Shown: positions 1-13,290, counted from the first letter of the stretch. The stretch: 64,000 nt of DNA from Octopus vulgaris (GCA_951406725.2 OX597816.1:44578001-44642000), one strand, 5' to 3'. Translations and numbers: made by a program. Notes: generated by a model from the sequence alone, not told the origin.

Positions 1-782
1 TTTCTTTATTGCCCACAAGGGGCTAAATATAGAGGGGACAAACAAGGACATAGAAAGGGATTAAATCTATTACATCGTCCCTAGTTCGTAACTTGTACTT
101 ATTTAATCGACTCCGAAAGTATGAAAGTCAAAGTTGACCTCGCGGAATTTGAACTCAGAACGTAACTGCAGACGAATTACCAATTTCTTTACTACCCACA
201 GGGGGCTAAACACAAAGAGGACAAGGAAAGACATACAAACGGATTAAGTCTATTACATCGACCCTAGTGCGTAACTGTACTTATTTAATCGACCTCGAAA
301 GGTATGAAAGTCAAAGTCGACCTCGGCGGAATTTGAACTCAGAACGTAACTGCAGACGAATTACCAATTTCTTTACTACCCACAGGGGCTAAACACAAAG
401 AGGACAAGGAAAGACAGACAAACGGATTAAGTCGATTATATCGACCCCAGTGCGTAACTGCTCCTTAATTTATCGACCTCGAAAGGCTGAAAGGCAAAGT
501 CGAACTCGGCGGAATTTGAACTCAGAACGTAACTGCAGACGAATTACCAATTTCTTTTTCTACCCACAAGGGGCTAAACACAGAGAGGACAAGGAAAGAC
601 AGACAAACGGATTAAGTCGATTATATCGACCCCAGTGCGTTACTGCTCCTTAATTTATCGACCTCGAAAGGCTGAAAGGCAAAGTCGAACTCGGCGGAAT
701 TTGAACTCAGAACGTAACGGCAGACGAAATATTGCTAAGCGTTTCGTCCGGCATGCTAACGTCTCTGCCAGCTCGCTGCCTT
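1..782 (-). mobile_element. Tandem array of four copies (~185-bp period) of a tRNA-derived SINE (family 1, Deu/Nin-like core); only the last copy has the full head
   Basis: On the minus strand the unit reads AAGGC(G/A)GCGAGCTGGCAGA...GAGTTCAAATTCC (B-box-like)...GTCGACTTTGCCTTTCATCCTTTCGGGGTCGATAAATTAAGTACC. Units join at GACGAATTACCAATTTCTTT (plus strand). The core resembles the Deu/Nin SINE domain, from memory. Confidence 0.85.
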
Positions 783-1074
783 GAACAAATGCAGTAATTG
801 AGAGAAAGACCTATTATCATTATTCTCCTGAATTTTTTTTTCTTTCTATTAATTTGCTTACAATCGTTATAACTCTATATGTAACTATTTAGTTTTTTGC
901 TCATAAGCTCAACTGGAGGGTAAAATTAGACGCAGGGTCCCAGGTCCGAGTGGGTAACTATGTCACACTTGGTGACCCGTTCAGGCGACTCTCTTGTAAT
1001 CTTTCTTGTCGCCCTAATGATCTAGAAACTGAGATTAGCTGTGGCTTATTGAAGATTAGAATATGTACAATATG

Positions 1075-1116
<42 letters not shown>

Positions 1117-1118
1117 TG

Positions 1119-1151
<33 letters not shown>

Positions 1152-1189
1152 CATTGTGTGCATGTACGTACATATACGTATGTGTGTAT

Positions 1190-1582
1190 GCTTACATCAA
1201 CTCCAGCATTTGACTGGTACTTATTTTATCTGTCGCGAAAGGATGAAAGGCAAAGTTAACCTCTATGGAAATTCCGATCACAACGTAACGACGGACGAAT
1301 TCCTGTAAGTAACGAAATTATATCCACCTGGTGTGCAAACGATTCTGCCAGCTCACCGCCTGAGACTTTGCAAATATTGCTTTCAAATTTTGGTACAAGG
1401 CCAGCAATTTTGGGGTTAAGTCGATTACATTGAACCCAGCGCTCAGCTGGTACTTATTTGATGGACTCCGAAAGGATCGAAGGCAAAGACGACCTCGGCT
1501 GAATTTGAACTCAGAATGACGGACGAAATGCTGCTAAGCATTTGGCTTGGCGTATTAACGGTTCAACCAGCTCACCGCGTTA
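1190..1582 (-). mobile_element. Two degraded head-to-tail SINE family 1 copies
   Basis: ACTGGTACTTATTT...GAAAGGATGAAAGGCAAAG...GCCAGCTCACCGC occurs twice. The flank AGACTTT(TG/T)CAAATATT is repeated at about 1363 and 1582, like a TSD. Confidence 0.75.
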
Positions 1583-1831
1583 GACTTTTCAAATATTAAA
1601 ATCTAAGTCCTTCTCATGCACGACGTGCTGTGCATAAAATATGTAGCTTAATTGATGACGAACCGTCAAGAAAATCATAAATGAAGATTAAGCTATCCGC
1701 TATGTTGACAGCTTAATTCACTACTGATTTTATAAGAGCTGAATGTTCTAAGCCATAGAATACGGAATAAAACTGTAATTTTTTAAAAATCTTTACAGAA
1801 ACTATTTAACGGTCCACTAGGAGTGTCCATT

Positions 1832-2210
1832 GTGGAGGCGCAATGGCCCAGTGGTTAGGGCAGCGGACTCGCGGTCCTAGGAACGCGGTTTCGATTCCCA
1901 GACCGGGCGTTGTGAGTGTTTATTGAGTGAAAACACCTAAAAGCTCCACCAGGCTCCGGCAGGGGATGGTGGTGATCCCTGCTGTACTCTTTCACCGCAA
2001 CTTTCTCTCACTCTTACTTCCTGTTTCTGTTGTACCTGTATTTCAAAGGGCCGGCTTTGTCACTCTCCCGAATATCCCCGAGAACTACGTTAAGGGTGCA
2101 CGTGTCTGTGGAGTGCTCAGCCACTTACACGTTAATTTCACGAGCAGGCTGTTCCGTTGATTCGGATCAACTGGGACCCTCATCGTCGCAACCGACGGAG
2201 CGCTTCCACC
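1832..2210 (+). mobile_element. tRNA(Arg)-like SINE (family 3, octopus OR-type), full length
   Basis: Head GTGGAGGCGCAATGGCCCAGTGGTTAGGGCAGCGGACTCGCGG...GGTTTCGATTCCC has A and B boxes. 12-bp TSD AGGAGTGTCCAT at 1819-1830 and 2211-2222. A second copy lies at 33836-34220. Confidence 0.85.
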
Positions 2211-2688
2211 AGGAGTGTCCATCTCTATTTCTCTGCATATAAAACCATAGAAGTTAACTTGTAAGTTCGTTTCTCCAAAGATAGACTTCAAGAACTTATA
2301 TATTTTATCTTTGTTGATTCACGCCGGTTTATACCAAAGCTATAAAATATTCACTTAATACAGGACCGTCGAAAACGCATTCATGCAAATTAGGCATTAA
2401 ATTATGGTGCTAATCTAATTTATGAGTGTTTAATTCAACGGACAAATATATTATGCTGTTGTTGAGGCACGAAGCTTAGGAGGCATTTTCTCGAACGAGC
2501 TGCCAACAAAGTTTGAAACAGTCCATCAAGCAACTTCCATTTCTTTCTGCACATGTTTACATTCTCATTTTCGCTCACAACTAGGCCTTTTTTAAAAAAT
2601 GCTTTTGACTCCCTCTGATTGAAGCATAGAAACATACACGTCTGTGTATATGTGTGTATGTATTTCTGATGCATGCATGCATGTATAA

Positions 2689-2749
<61 letters not shown>

Positions 2750-2837
2750 CCAACACACATGTGCGTGAATGTATATATACATACGTACACATTTATCGAC
2801 CTATAGAAATGATTGTACACGTATGTATATGCATATG

Positions 2838-2874
<37 letters not shown>

Positions 2875-3383
2875 TGTGTGTGTGTGTGTCTACGTATTAT
2901 AGGTATGTATGGATGTGTGTGTGTGAGTGTGTATTTTTTACTAGCATCCTTGTGTGAATTCATTACTTTCGAGATGTTTACAATTTTTCTTTCTTTTATG
3001 CCCTTGGCAAGTTAATTTAAAAACCTCAGAAAAGGCATACGAAGTTTGAAATACATTTATTAGCATCGTAATACGTATGTTTGTGTATTAGCTAAGTGAT
3101 ATTTTCAAAAAATAGCCGAAAGAGGAGTCTCAATTTACGTTCGCAAATTTTTCTAACGCCAAATATTTTCACAACATAGCTCGAGGCTTTGGGGAAAATT
3201 TACAATATACATACGTGTGTTTGTGTGTGTGAGCATGTGTGCGTGCGTGTGTGTATGTGTATGTGTGTGTATGTGTCATTGTGTGCATGTACGTATATGA
3301 ATGCACATATACATGTTTGTGTGTGTGTATTTATATAAATGCATCAAACGTGTGCATATTTATCTAGTTATCTATCTATTTAT

Positions 3384-3475
<92 letters not shown>

Positions 3476-3721
3476 ATACATATTGAATGATATAAGGGAA
3501 AGTGTAGGGTGGCGGTGGATTGGTGTGTATGTATATATGTGTGTGTGTGTTTATGTGTGTGTTTGTGTGTGTGTGTGTGTGAAAATTCATATTCTTAAAT
3601 TCAAGCATTAACACCGAAAAACGATGCAAGTGTAAATAGGGAAAAAATACTCCCTTTCCAGTGATTAATGCAGAACATATATTACTGGCTAAATAATATA
3701 TCAATGCTAGTTTTATCAACA

Positions 3722-4090
3722 GTAGGGAGCTGGCAGAATCCTTAGTACGTTGTACAGAATGCACAGCAGCCTTTCTTATGGCTTTTTGTGTTCTGAGTTC
3801 AATTTCCTCTCGGGTCGATTGTTGACTGTCATCCCTTTCGAGAATCGGTAATAAGGCGGCGAGCTGGCAGAATCGTTAGCACGCCGGGCGAAATGCTTAG
3901 CGGTATTTCGTCTGTCGCTACGTTCTGAGTTCAAATTCCGTCGAGGTCGACTTTGCCTTTCATCCTTTCGGGGTCGATAAATTAAGTACCAGTTACGCAC
4001 TGGGGTCGATGTAATCGACTTAATCCATTTGTCTGTCCTTGTTTGTCCTCTCTGTGTTTAGCCCCTTGTGGGTAGTAAAAAAATAGGTAA
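3722..4090 (+). mobile_element. SINE family 1: a degraded copy followed by an intact copy (3853-4090)
   Basis: AAGGCGGCGAGCTGGCAGAATCGTTAGCACGCCGGGCG...GGTAGTAAAAAAATAGG. GGTAATA is duplicated on both sides of the intact copy. Confidence 0.85.
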
Positions 4091-4299
4091 TATAGGTATC
4101 CGTCAAGACCTGAGGTAATCGGTGATTTCAACTGGAACCGTACCCTAAAATTGCAAAAATTGGACGCCATTCTTAGCTTTATTATTAAAGCCTGAATAAT
4201 GATCCGTTCACGAATATGTACCCGTGCTGCAGGTCACGTGCAGATATTCGCGTGCAAATACTTATAAACATTTAAACATCTTCTAGTTATATAGTCTTT

Positions 4300-4633
4300 T
4301 ACACTTTTACTGGTTTCAATCATTTGTAAGCACAGTACTTATTCTATCGGTATCTTTTGCCGAACCGCTAAGTTACGGGGACGTAAACACACCAACATCG
4401 GTTGTCAAGCGATGTTGGGGGACAAAAACAGAAACATATACACATACATACATATATATATACATATATACGACGAGCTTCTTTCAGTTTCCGTCTACCA
4501 AATTCACTCACAAGGCTTTGGTCGACCCGAGGCTATAGTAGAAGACACTTGCCCAAGGTGCCACGCAGTGGGACTGAACCCGGAACCATGTGGTTGGTAA
4601 TGAATCTACTTACCACACAGCTACTCCTGTGCC
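4300..4633 (-). mobile_element. SINE family 2 (tRNA-derived, with internal (TA)n(TG)n microsatellite)
   Basis: Minus strand: GGCACAGGAGTAGCTGTGTGGTAAG...GGTTCCGGGTTCAGTCCCACTGCGTGGCACCTTGGGCAAGTG, then a microsatellite, then the conserved 3' half. Confidence 0.85.
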
Positions 4634-4909
4634 TATGTGTAATTTTAACTGCCGTCGGGGCGCTAAGTTCGGATAAAGATTCTGCTCTCTAGTGTAACAT
4701 GTTAATTCTTTTTATGTTTGTACAGATCTGCAGTCGACTGATAACACCTCCAGTTCTCGAGTGGTACTTCATTTTATAGTCCTTGGCGGAAAACAAAGTT
4801 TAATTTCATCTTACTGTGAATTGAAATCAGAACAAATATATTGAATAAAAACAAGTAACATAATGTATTTTATCCAACTATTTAATTATTCTACCGATCT
4901 ACCGGTCCC

Positions 4910-5004
4910 CTGTGTGGTAAGTAAGTAGTTTGCTTACCAACCAAATGGTTCCGGGTTCAGTCGATTTGGTAGACTTAAACTGAAAGAAGCCCGTCGTAAA
5001 TATG

Positions 5005-5035
<31 letters not shown>

Positions 5036-5273
5036 GTTTGCGTGTGTTTGTGTGTCTGTGCTTGTCCCCCACCACACCCCAACATCGCTTGACAGCTGAT
5101 GCTGGTGTGTTTACGTCCCTGTAACTTAGTGGTTCGGCAAAAGAAACCGATAGAATAAATACTAGGCTTACAAAGAATAAGTCCTGGGGTCGATTTGCTC
5201 GACTAAAGGTGATGCTCCAGCATGGCCGCAGTCAAATGACTGAAACAAGTAAAAGAGTAAAAGAGTAAAAGAG
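4910..5273 (+). mobile_element. SINE family 2, internally deleted
   Basis: CTGTGTGGTAAG...GGTTCCGGGTTCAGTC...AACTGAAAGAAGCCCGTCG, microsatellite, 3' half and GTAAAAGA-repeat tail. Confidence 0.8.
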
Positions 5274-6143
5274 GGTTTTTAATTTTTCCTATCCTTACAT
5301 TTAGAATTCAAATTCCTCTGAAGTATATTTCGCTTTCCACTCCTCAAGAAACGATTAACGGTAAATTCGACCTCGACGGAATGTAAACTCTGAATGCGTC
5401 TAAAAGAAGACATCTTTCTCGGTAATCTCTCGATACTATCGAACTAATGAAACATATATATTTGTATTATTTTTTCTTTTTCCCCTCTGTTTATTTCGTG
5501 ATAATGAATTAAGCACATTTTTATTGATAGAAAACATGACATTGCTCTCTAGGTAAACATGTGATTTATATGTGTATGCGTGTGTTGCAGACAACTATGT
5601 GTGTTGTGCGGTTGAAAGCTCGTGTCAGAGAGAGTTAAGCTAAAGATAATACTTAATTACATGATGTATTGTTTATTTGTTTAATGACAGGAAGCCGTAA
5701 CTTCACTCTTGTCACTAATCCACGATTCTCGTTTCGTGATTTCTTAGTGCTGGTTTGTCTTTAATCAAATAAATTGGTAATGACCTACTTTATAGAACAT
5801 ACATTCTTGTAATGTAGCAAAATATATTTTAGAACACGCATCGACTCCTGAAACCAGACTTCAGTTTCAAAACTCCAGACAACACTGAGCTAAGAAATGT
5901 TATGTCTGACGTAGGGATGCAGTCTATATAGAACAGTCTTGATGCGTTAGACAACCTGTGATTTTGTGGACGGGTCTTTATATGACTGGATTTACTTGTG
6001 CTTCTTTAAAGTTTATTAAGTTGGAGGGAAAAATTGCTGGGGAGAAAGACACATACTTAATGCGTGTAGATAATTATAGAATGAAAACGATCGACATTTG
6101 GAATACCGAGAAACTTGGGATAAGAAACAGCAGTATATGTATT

Positions 6144-6200
<57 letters not shown>

Positions 6201-6421
6201 GTATATATATATGTGTGTGTGCGTGCATATATACATACACATACGTGTGTGAATATATATATATACGTATATCTACATTCACAAACGTGTATATATATAT
6301 ATATATATATTGCGGGTGATTCTGTCTCTTAAACCTATATATCTATCTAAATATATGTGTGTGTGCGTATATCTATGTATGTATATATGCAAATATGTAT
6401 CTCTCTTTCTCTTTCTCTCTC

Positions 6422-6475
<54 letters not shown>

Positions 6476-7124
6476 TGTGTAAGCATGTTTGCATATTTAT
6501 ATATATATATATGAGTATACTTATGTGTGAGTGCGCATGTGTGTATGTGTGCGTGTATGTGTGCTTGTATGTGTATATGTGTCGGTATGTCAATTGCGTG
6601 AGTGCATAACTGTAGATCTATACTTTACATGACAAAACTGTAATTTACTGGAAGAAAGAAAAAAGGTCCTGAACAATAGAAGAGAGGAGAAGAGAAGAGA
6701 AGAGAAAAATAAATAAATAAAATAAAAACTAAACAAGTAAATAAACAAAAATATAATGGCCCAGCAACGGTAATGGAGGAGACGTCAGGTTTGTTATAAC
6801 CAATTACACATTGTCACAAATAAGACACGAGGGTTTTGGTGCGTTTGTAATTTTCAGCAGCACTAAAGCATTAGCAGAGAAGGATCCTTAATTATACATT
6901 CGATAAAGAAGGAAGAATAAGATTTTGTGGATGTCGAATATGTTGTTGTGAGTTGTGTGTAAATACTGACGTATAAGAGTGTCCGTGACGGTTTTGTCAG
7001 TCAGTTTTTCGCGTAATAGACATGTGTCAGAAAGTGTAGTTTTATTTCCCTCCACCGAAATCGCCAAATGAAATCAACCGTAATTGCTTCATAATTGAGA
7101 AGAACCCTTTAAGTGTTGCTAAAG

Positions 7125-7188
<64 letters not shown>

Positions 7189-7847
7189 GTATTTGAGTTG
7201 AGTACTTCTTGAGACAGCCAAATATTAGATAGGAAGACAGCGTGTGTTTTAGGCGTAAAATGCAGCGGTTTCAGAGAAGTCCAGAATACATAAAACAAAA
7301 GGTTTTTTCCTGGTGAGATGTGTGAAATATTTATGATGAGACCTGAAATTGTCTGGGTGTCTGAAAAGCCTTAATGTCTGACATTTATTTGGTTAATTCA
7401 GAGAAAATCACGTACAATTAACTTAATGAAAGGCTAAAGAAAGACTACAAATCGTTCACTTATTCTAAAATGTTTCCATGAATAAACTGTAGACGGACGG
7501 TTAATACGATTGTTTCATTTCATTCATTTTATTCGTTTTACTCACACGAGGTTTCTATTTAATGACGGGGGGGGGGATTCATTAAATTATCCCACAGGTC
7601 AGGGAAATAATATAACCCGAAGATTCCGAGTTCAATCACCACTGAAGGTGACATTTCAGAATCAGCAGGAGAACACCTAGGAATTATTGTATGTGGGCCC
7701 GGTTCCATTATCATGTCAGGAACAAACCCTCCGAATCACTTGCTTGGCAGGAGTTCTTCCTCTCCAGATTTCCTCTGCCGCCCGTTCGCACTAGGGCGAG
7801 TTACTACTTATTAACACATTTCCATGAATATATTGTAGAAAGACATT

Positions 7848-10800
7848 AAATATGATTGTCTTATTTTCTTCAGACAAGACTTCTATTCAAAGAAGGAGAG
7901 TGTGTATTAAATTATTTGAAATCTGGTATATATATTTCTTTACTACCCGCAAGGGGCTAAACATAGAGTGGACAAACAAGGACAGACAAAGGGATTAAGT
8001 CGATTACATCGACCCCAGAACGTAACTGGTACTTATTCTATCGACCCCGAAAGGATGAAAGGCAAAGTCGACCTCGGCGGAATTTGAACCCAGAACACGT
8101 AACGGCAGACGAAATACGGCTACGCATTTCGCCCGGCGTGCTAACGATTCTGCTAGCTCGCCGCCTTGAAATCTGGTATATAACTGATAGTTGCTTCTTG
8201 CAACAGAAGATCCGGGCATCTGATGGTTTGTACTACAAGCCAGAAATATAAACTAAGGTCCCTCCACTGATAAAAAAATGTCCAACTAGAAAAGATAACA
8301 CACTGCATGATAGAATTCAGAATTACTCAGTACTTGTCAAGAAAATATGATTGTCTTATTTTTTTCAGACAAGACTTCTATTCAAACAAGGAGAGTGTGT
8401 ATTAAATTATTTGAAATCTGGTATATAACTGATAGTTGCTTCTTGCAACAGAAGATCCTGGCATCTGACGGTTTGTACTACAAGCCAGAAATATAAACTA
8501 AGGTCCCTCCACTGATAAAAAAAATGTTCAACTAGAAAAGATAACACACTGCATGATAGAATTCAGAATTACTCAGTACTTGTCAAGAAAATATGATTGT
8601 CTTATTTTTTTCAGACAAGACTTCTATTCAAAGAAGGAGAGTGTGTATTAAATTATTTGAAATCTGGTATATAACTGATAGTTGCTTCTTGCAACAGAAG
8701 ATCCGGGCATCTGAAGGTTTGTACTACAAGCCAGAAATATAAACTAAGGTCCCTCCACTGATAAAAAAATGTCCAACTAGAAAAGATAACACACTGCATG
8801 ATAGAATTCAGAATTACTCAGTACTTGTCAAGAAAATATGATTGTCTTATTTTTTTCAGACAAGACTTCTATTCAAAGAAGGAGAGTGTGTATTAAATTA
8901 TTTGAAATCTGGTATATAACTGATAGTTGCTTCTTGCAACAGAAGATCCGGGCATCTGACGGTTTGTACTACAAGCCAGAAATATAAACTAAGGTCCCTC
9001 CACTGATAAAAAAAAATGTTCAACTAGAAAAGATAACACACTGCATGATAGAATTCAGAATTACTCAGTACTTGTCAAGAAAATATGATTGTCTTATTTT
9101 TTTCAGACAAGACTTCTATTCAAACAAGGAGAGTGTGTATTAAATTATTTGAAATCTGGTATATAACTGATAGTTGCTTCTTGCAACAGAAGATCCGGGC
9201 ATCTGACGGTTTGTACTACAAGCCAGAAATATAAACTAAGGTCCCTCCACTGATAAAAAAAATGTTCAACTAGAAAAGATAACACATTGCATGATAGAAT
9301 TCAGAATTACTCAGTACTTGTCAAGAAAATATGATTGTCTTATTTTTTTCAGACAAGACTTCTATTCAAACAAGGAGAGTGTGTATTAAATTATTTGAAA
9401 TCTGGTATATAACTGATAGTTGCTTCTTGCAACAGAAGATCCGGGCATCTGACGGTTTGTACTACAAGCCAGAAATATAAACTAAGGTCCCTCCACTGAT
9501 AAAAAAAATGTTCAACAAGAAAAGATAACACATTGCATGATAGAATTCAGAATTACTCAGTACTTGTCAAGAAAATATGATTGTCTTATTTTTTCAGACA
9601 AGACTTCTATTCAAACAAGGAGAGTGTGTATTAAATTATTTGAAATCTGGTATATAACTGATAGTTGCTTCTTGCAACAGAAGATCCGGGCATCTGACGG
9701 TTTGTACTACAAGCCAGAAATATAAACTAAGGTCCCTCCACTGATAAAAAAAATGTTCAACTAGAAAAGATAACACACTGCATGATAGAATTCAGAATTA
9801 CTCAGTACTTCTCAAGAAAATATGATTGTCTTATTTTTTTCAGACAAGACTTCTATTCAAAGAAGGAGAGTGTGTATTAAATTATTTGAAATCTGGTATA
9901 TAACTGATAGTTGCTTCTTGCAACAGAAGATCCGGGCATCTGACGGTTTGTACTACAAGCCAGAAATATAAACTAAGGTCCCTCCACTGATAAAAAAAAT
10001 GTTCAACTAGAAAAGATAACACACTGCATGATAGAATTCAGAATTACTCAGTACTTGTCAAGAAAATATGATTGTCTTATTTTTTTCAGACAAGACTTCT
10101 ATTCAAAGAAGGAGAGTGTGTATTAAATTATTTGAAATCTGGTATATAACTGATAGTTGCTTCTTGCAACAGAAGATCCGGGCATCTGACGGTTTGTACT
10201 ACAAGCCAGAAATATAAACTAAGGTCCCTCCACTGATAAAAAAAATGTTCAACAAGAAAAGATAACACATTGCATGATAGAATTCAGAATTACTCAGTAC
10301 TTGTCAAGAAAATATGATTGTCTTATTTTTTTCAGACAAGACTTCTATTCAAAGAAGGAGAGTGTGTATTAAATTATTTGAAATCTGGTATATAACTGAT
10401 AGTTGCTTCTTGCAACAGAAGATCCGGGCATCTGACGGTTTGTACTACAAGCCAGAAATATAAACTAAGGTCCCTCCACTGATAAAAAAAATGTTCAACT
10501 AGAAAAGATAACACACTGCATGATAGAATTCAGAATTACTCAGTACTTGTCAAGAAAATATGATTGTCTTATTTTTTTCAGACAAGACTTCTATTCAAAC
10601 AAGGAGAGTGTGTATTAAATTATTTGAAATCTGGTATATAACTGATAGTTGCTTCTTGCAACAGAAGATCCGGGCATCTGACGGTTTGTACTACAAGCCA
10701 GAAATATAAACTAAGGTCCCTCCACTGATAAAAAAAATGTTCAACTAGAAAAGATAACACATTGCATGATAGAATTCAGAATTACTCAGTACTTGTCAAG

Positions 10801-11538
10801 AAAATATGATTGTCTTATTTTTTTCAGACAAGACTTCTATTCAAAGAAGGAGAGTGTGTATTAAATTATTTGAAATCTGGTATATAACTGATAGTTGCTT
10901 CTTGCAACAGAAGATCCGGGCATCTGACGGTTTGTACTACAAGCCAGAAATATAAACTAAGGTCCCTCCACTGATAAAAAAAATGTTCAACTAGAAAAGA
11001 TAACACACTGCATGATAGAATTCAGAATTACTCAGTACTTGTCAAGAAAATATGATTGTCTTATTTTTTCAGACAAGACTTCTATTCAAACAAGGAGAGT
11101 GTGTATTAAATTATTTGAAATCTGGTATATAACTGATAGTTGCTTCTTGCAACAGAAGATCCTGGCATCTGACGGTTTGTACTACAAGCCAGAAATATAA
11201 ACTAAGGTCCCTCCACTGATAAAAAAATGTTCAACTAGAAAAGATAACACACTGCATGATAGAATTCAGAATTACTCAGTACTTGTCAAGAAAATATGAT
11301 TGTCTTATTTTTTTCAGACAAGACTTCTATTCAAACAAGGAGAGTGTGTATTAAATTATTTGAAATCTGGTATATAACTGATAGTTGCTTCTTGCAACAG
11401 AAGATCCTGGCATCTGACGGTTTGTACTACAAGCCAGAAATATAAACTAAGGTCCCTCCACTGATAAAAAAATGTTCAACTAGAAAAGATAACACACTGC
11501 ATGATAGAATTCAGAATTACTCAGTACCTGTCAAGAAA
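7848..11538. repeat. Tandem repeat of 14 near-identical ~246-bp units
   Basis: The motif AACTAAGGTCCCTCCACTGAT recurs 14 times at 245-247-bp spacing (about 8251 to 11445). The unit runs AAATATGATTGTC...GTCAAGAAAA. Only a few single-base and homopolymer-length variants are present. Confidence 0.97.
7933..8167 (-). mobile_element. SINE family 1 inserted into the first unit of the 246-bp array
   Basis: Full-length copy. TSD (TT)GAAATCTGGTATATA at 7916-7932 and 8166-8182. Confidence 0.9.
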
Positions 11539-11727
11539 AAGTGACTACATGGTTACAGATAAAATTTCAATGACTACAGGATATCTTCGTCAGCGTTGAC
11601 GTGGTTATAAACAAAATCAGCAATTAGTTATTGAAAAGCTGGGATGAGTCTCATAAGTATATTACCCAATGGAATATGAATGATGCACACGACTAATTCT
11701 GATGTGAATTTGCACTTAATATATTAG

Positions 11728-12072
11728 GGCGCATGGCTCAGTAGTTAGAGCGTCGGGCTCACAATCGTGAGGTAATGAGTTCGATTCCCGCACCGGGCTG
11801 TGAGTTGACACTTTATTTCACGTTGCTCCAGTTCTCTCACCTGTAGAAATAAGTTGCGACGTCATTGGTGCCAAGCTGTATCGGCCTTTATCTTTCCTTT
11901 GCATAACATCGGTGGCGTGGTATGCATGGGTGCTGGTATGCATGGGCTGGTATGCATGGGCGACTGCTGATTTTCCATAAAAAATGTTTACCAGGATTTG
12001 TGCCTCGGAGGGTAACTTTCTAGGGACAATCCCGTGGTCATTCATGGGGTTCTTTACCTTATCTTACCTTTT
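11728..12072 (+). mobile_element. tRNA-derived SINE (family 4)
   Basis: Head GGCGCATGGCTCAGTAGTTAGAGCG...GAGTTCGATTCCC (A/B boxes), core ACACTTTATTTCACGTTGCTCCAG and a (TTACC)n-like tail. It contains an internal triplication of TGGTATGCATGGG. Confidence 0.75.
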
Positions 12073-12310
12073 ACATTTAGGACTTAATATATCTTAAACG
12101 CTTTGTGTATTTCCTACTCATAAAACGATAGCGTTAGATAAAGTTAACGAAATATTATAACCAGTCTTTAATATCGCCCTTATGTATCGGAGAATTATAC
12201 CCAGACAACGACTAAAATTAATAAGTAAAGGGAAACAGAAGAAATGGTAAAAACTCCAGGTTACATAACTACAAGATAAAAGAGGAAATATAAAAATATA
12301 AAATATATAT

Positions 12311-12720
12311 GTGCAGGCGTGTCTGTGAGGTAAGAAACTTGCTTCCCAAACAGATGGTTCAAGGTTCAGCCCCACTGAGTAGCATTTTGGGCAAGTATTT
12401 TCTACTATAGCTTCGGGCCGACCAAAACCTTGTGAGTAGATTTGGTAGACGGAAACTGAAAGAAGCTCGACATGTGTGTGTGCGCGCGCGTGTGTCTGTG
12501 CGCGCGTGTGTGTGTGTGTCTTTGGGTCTGCGTTTGTCGTCCATAACCGCTTGACAATCGGTGTTGGTGTGTTTACGTCCCCGTAACTCAGCGGTTTGGC
12601 TGATATAATAAATACTAGTCTTACAAAATAATTCCTGGGGTGGATTTGTTCGACTAACATCATTCAAAGTGCTGCTCCAGCGTGGCCGCATTCAAACAAC
12701 TGAAACGAGTAAGAGAAAAG
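12311..12720 (+). mobile_element. SINE family 2, diverged
   Basis: GCAGGCGTGTCTGTGAGGTAAG...GGTTCAGCCCCACTG...GTAGACGGAAACTGAAAGAAGC...GCTCCAGCGTGGCCGCA. Confidence 0.8.
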
Positions 12721-13026
12721 AATAAATGAATAAACATAAATTAATCTGGAAGATAAGAATAATACAAGCAATCACTCCTAAGTTGACATCCACAAATATA
12801 AATAAAATAGATAAAGGTATGGCTGACATGTAGGATAAATCCAGTTTAGAGGTATCAGATATTATAAGCTTGAAAAACACTAAAAACACACGAGCGATAA
12901 GTTCAAGATTATTTTAATTATATCCCAACTAAGACTGATAAATTTGAATAATCTAAACAAAATTCCGATCAGAGACAACAGCCTTGTGGGTGGATTTCGT
13001 AGACGAGAACTGAAAGCAGCCCGTCT

Positions 13027-13092
<66 letters not shown>

Positions 13093-13095
<3 letters not shown>

Positions 13096-13290
13096 GGAAA
13101 GTTTAAGAAAATAAACAAAAGACGAAGGCAGGTGGAGTACAAACAAACAAATGTATTAGTATAGCGCTCAGGAATAGAAAAAGTCTTTTACGTTTCGAGC
13201 CTACGCTCTTCGACAGAAAGATACACAGAAAAAAAACAAGGAGAGAAAAAATGCGTGTAGGAGCTAACGATTTACCATAGCGTCCTGACA
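13093..13290 (-). mobile_element. Short Penelope-like (pLTR-type) element with a minimal hammerhead motif, inserted in the microsatellite of a SINE family 2 copy (about 12980-13490)
   Basis: Minus strand 13184-13221: UCUUU-CUGUCGA-A-GAGC(GUAG)GCUC-GAAACGUA-AAAGA. The two SINE halves resume on either side. Confidence 0.65.

Noticed and set aside
1832-1905. tRNA genes at SINE heads (also 11728, 34150-34220 and 59110-59184)
   Set aside because: They run directly into SINE bodies, mostly with TSDs, and lack proper acceptor stems. They are tRNA-derived heads, not tRNA genes.
9537-11200. Two near-identical 62-aa ORFs (MIEFRITQYL...)
   Set aside because: They open only in array units with a one-base-shorter T run. 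The other units have the frame broken, so there is no sign of coding selection.
7848-11538. CRISPR-like array or functional retrozyme array
   Set aside because: Units are contiguous with no unique spacers, the context is eukaryotic, and there is no canonical CUGANGA core or stem I.
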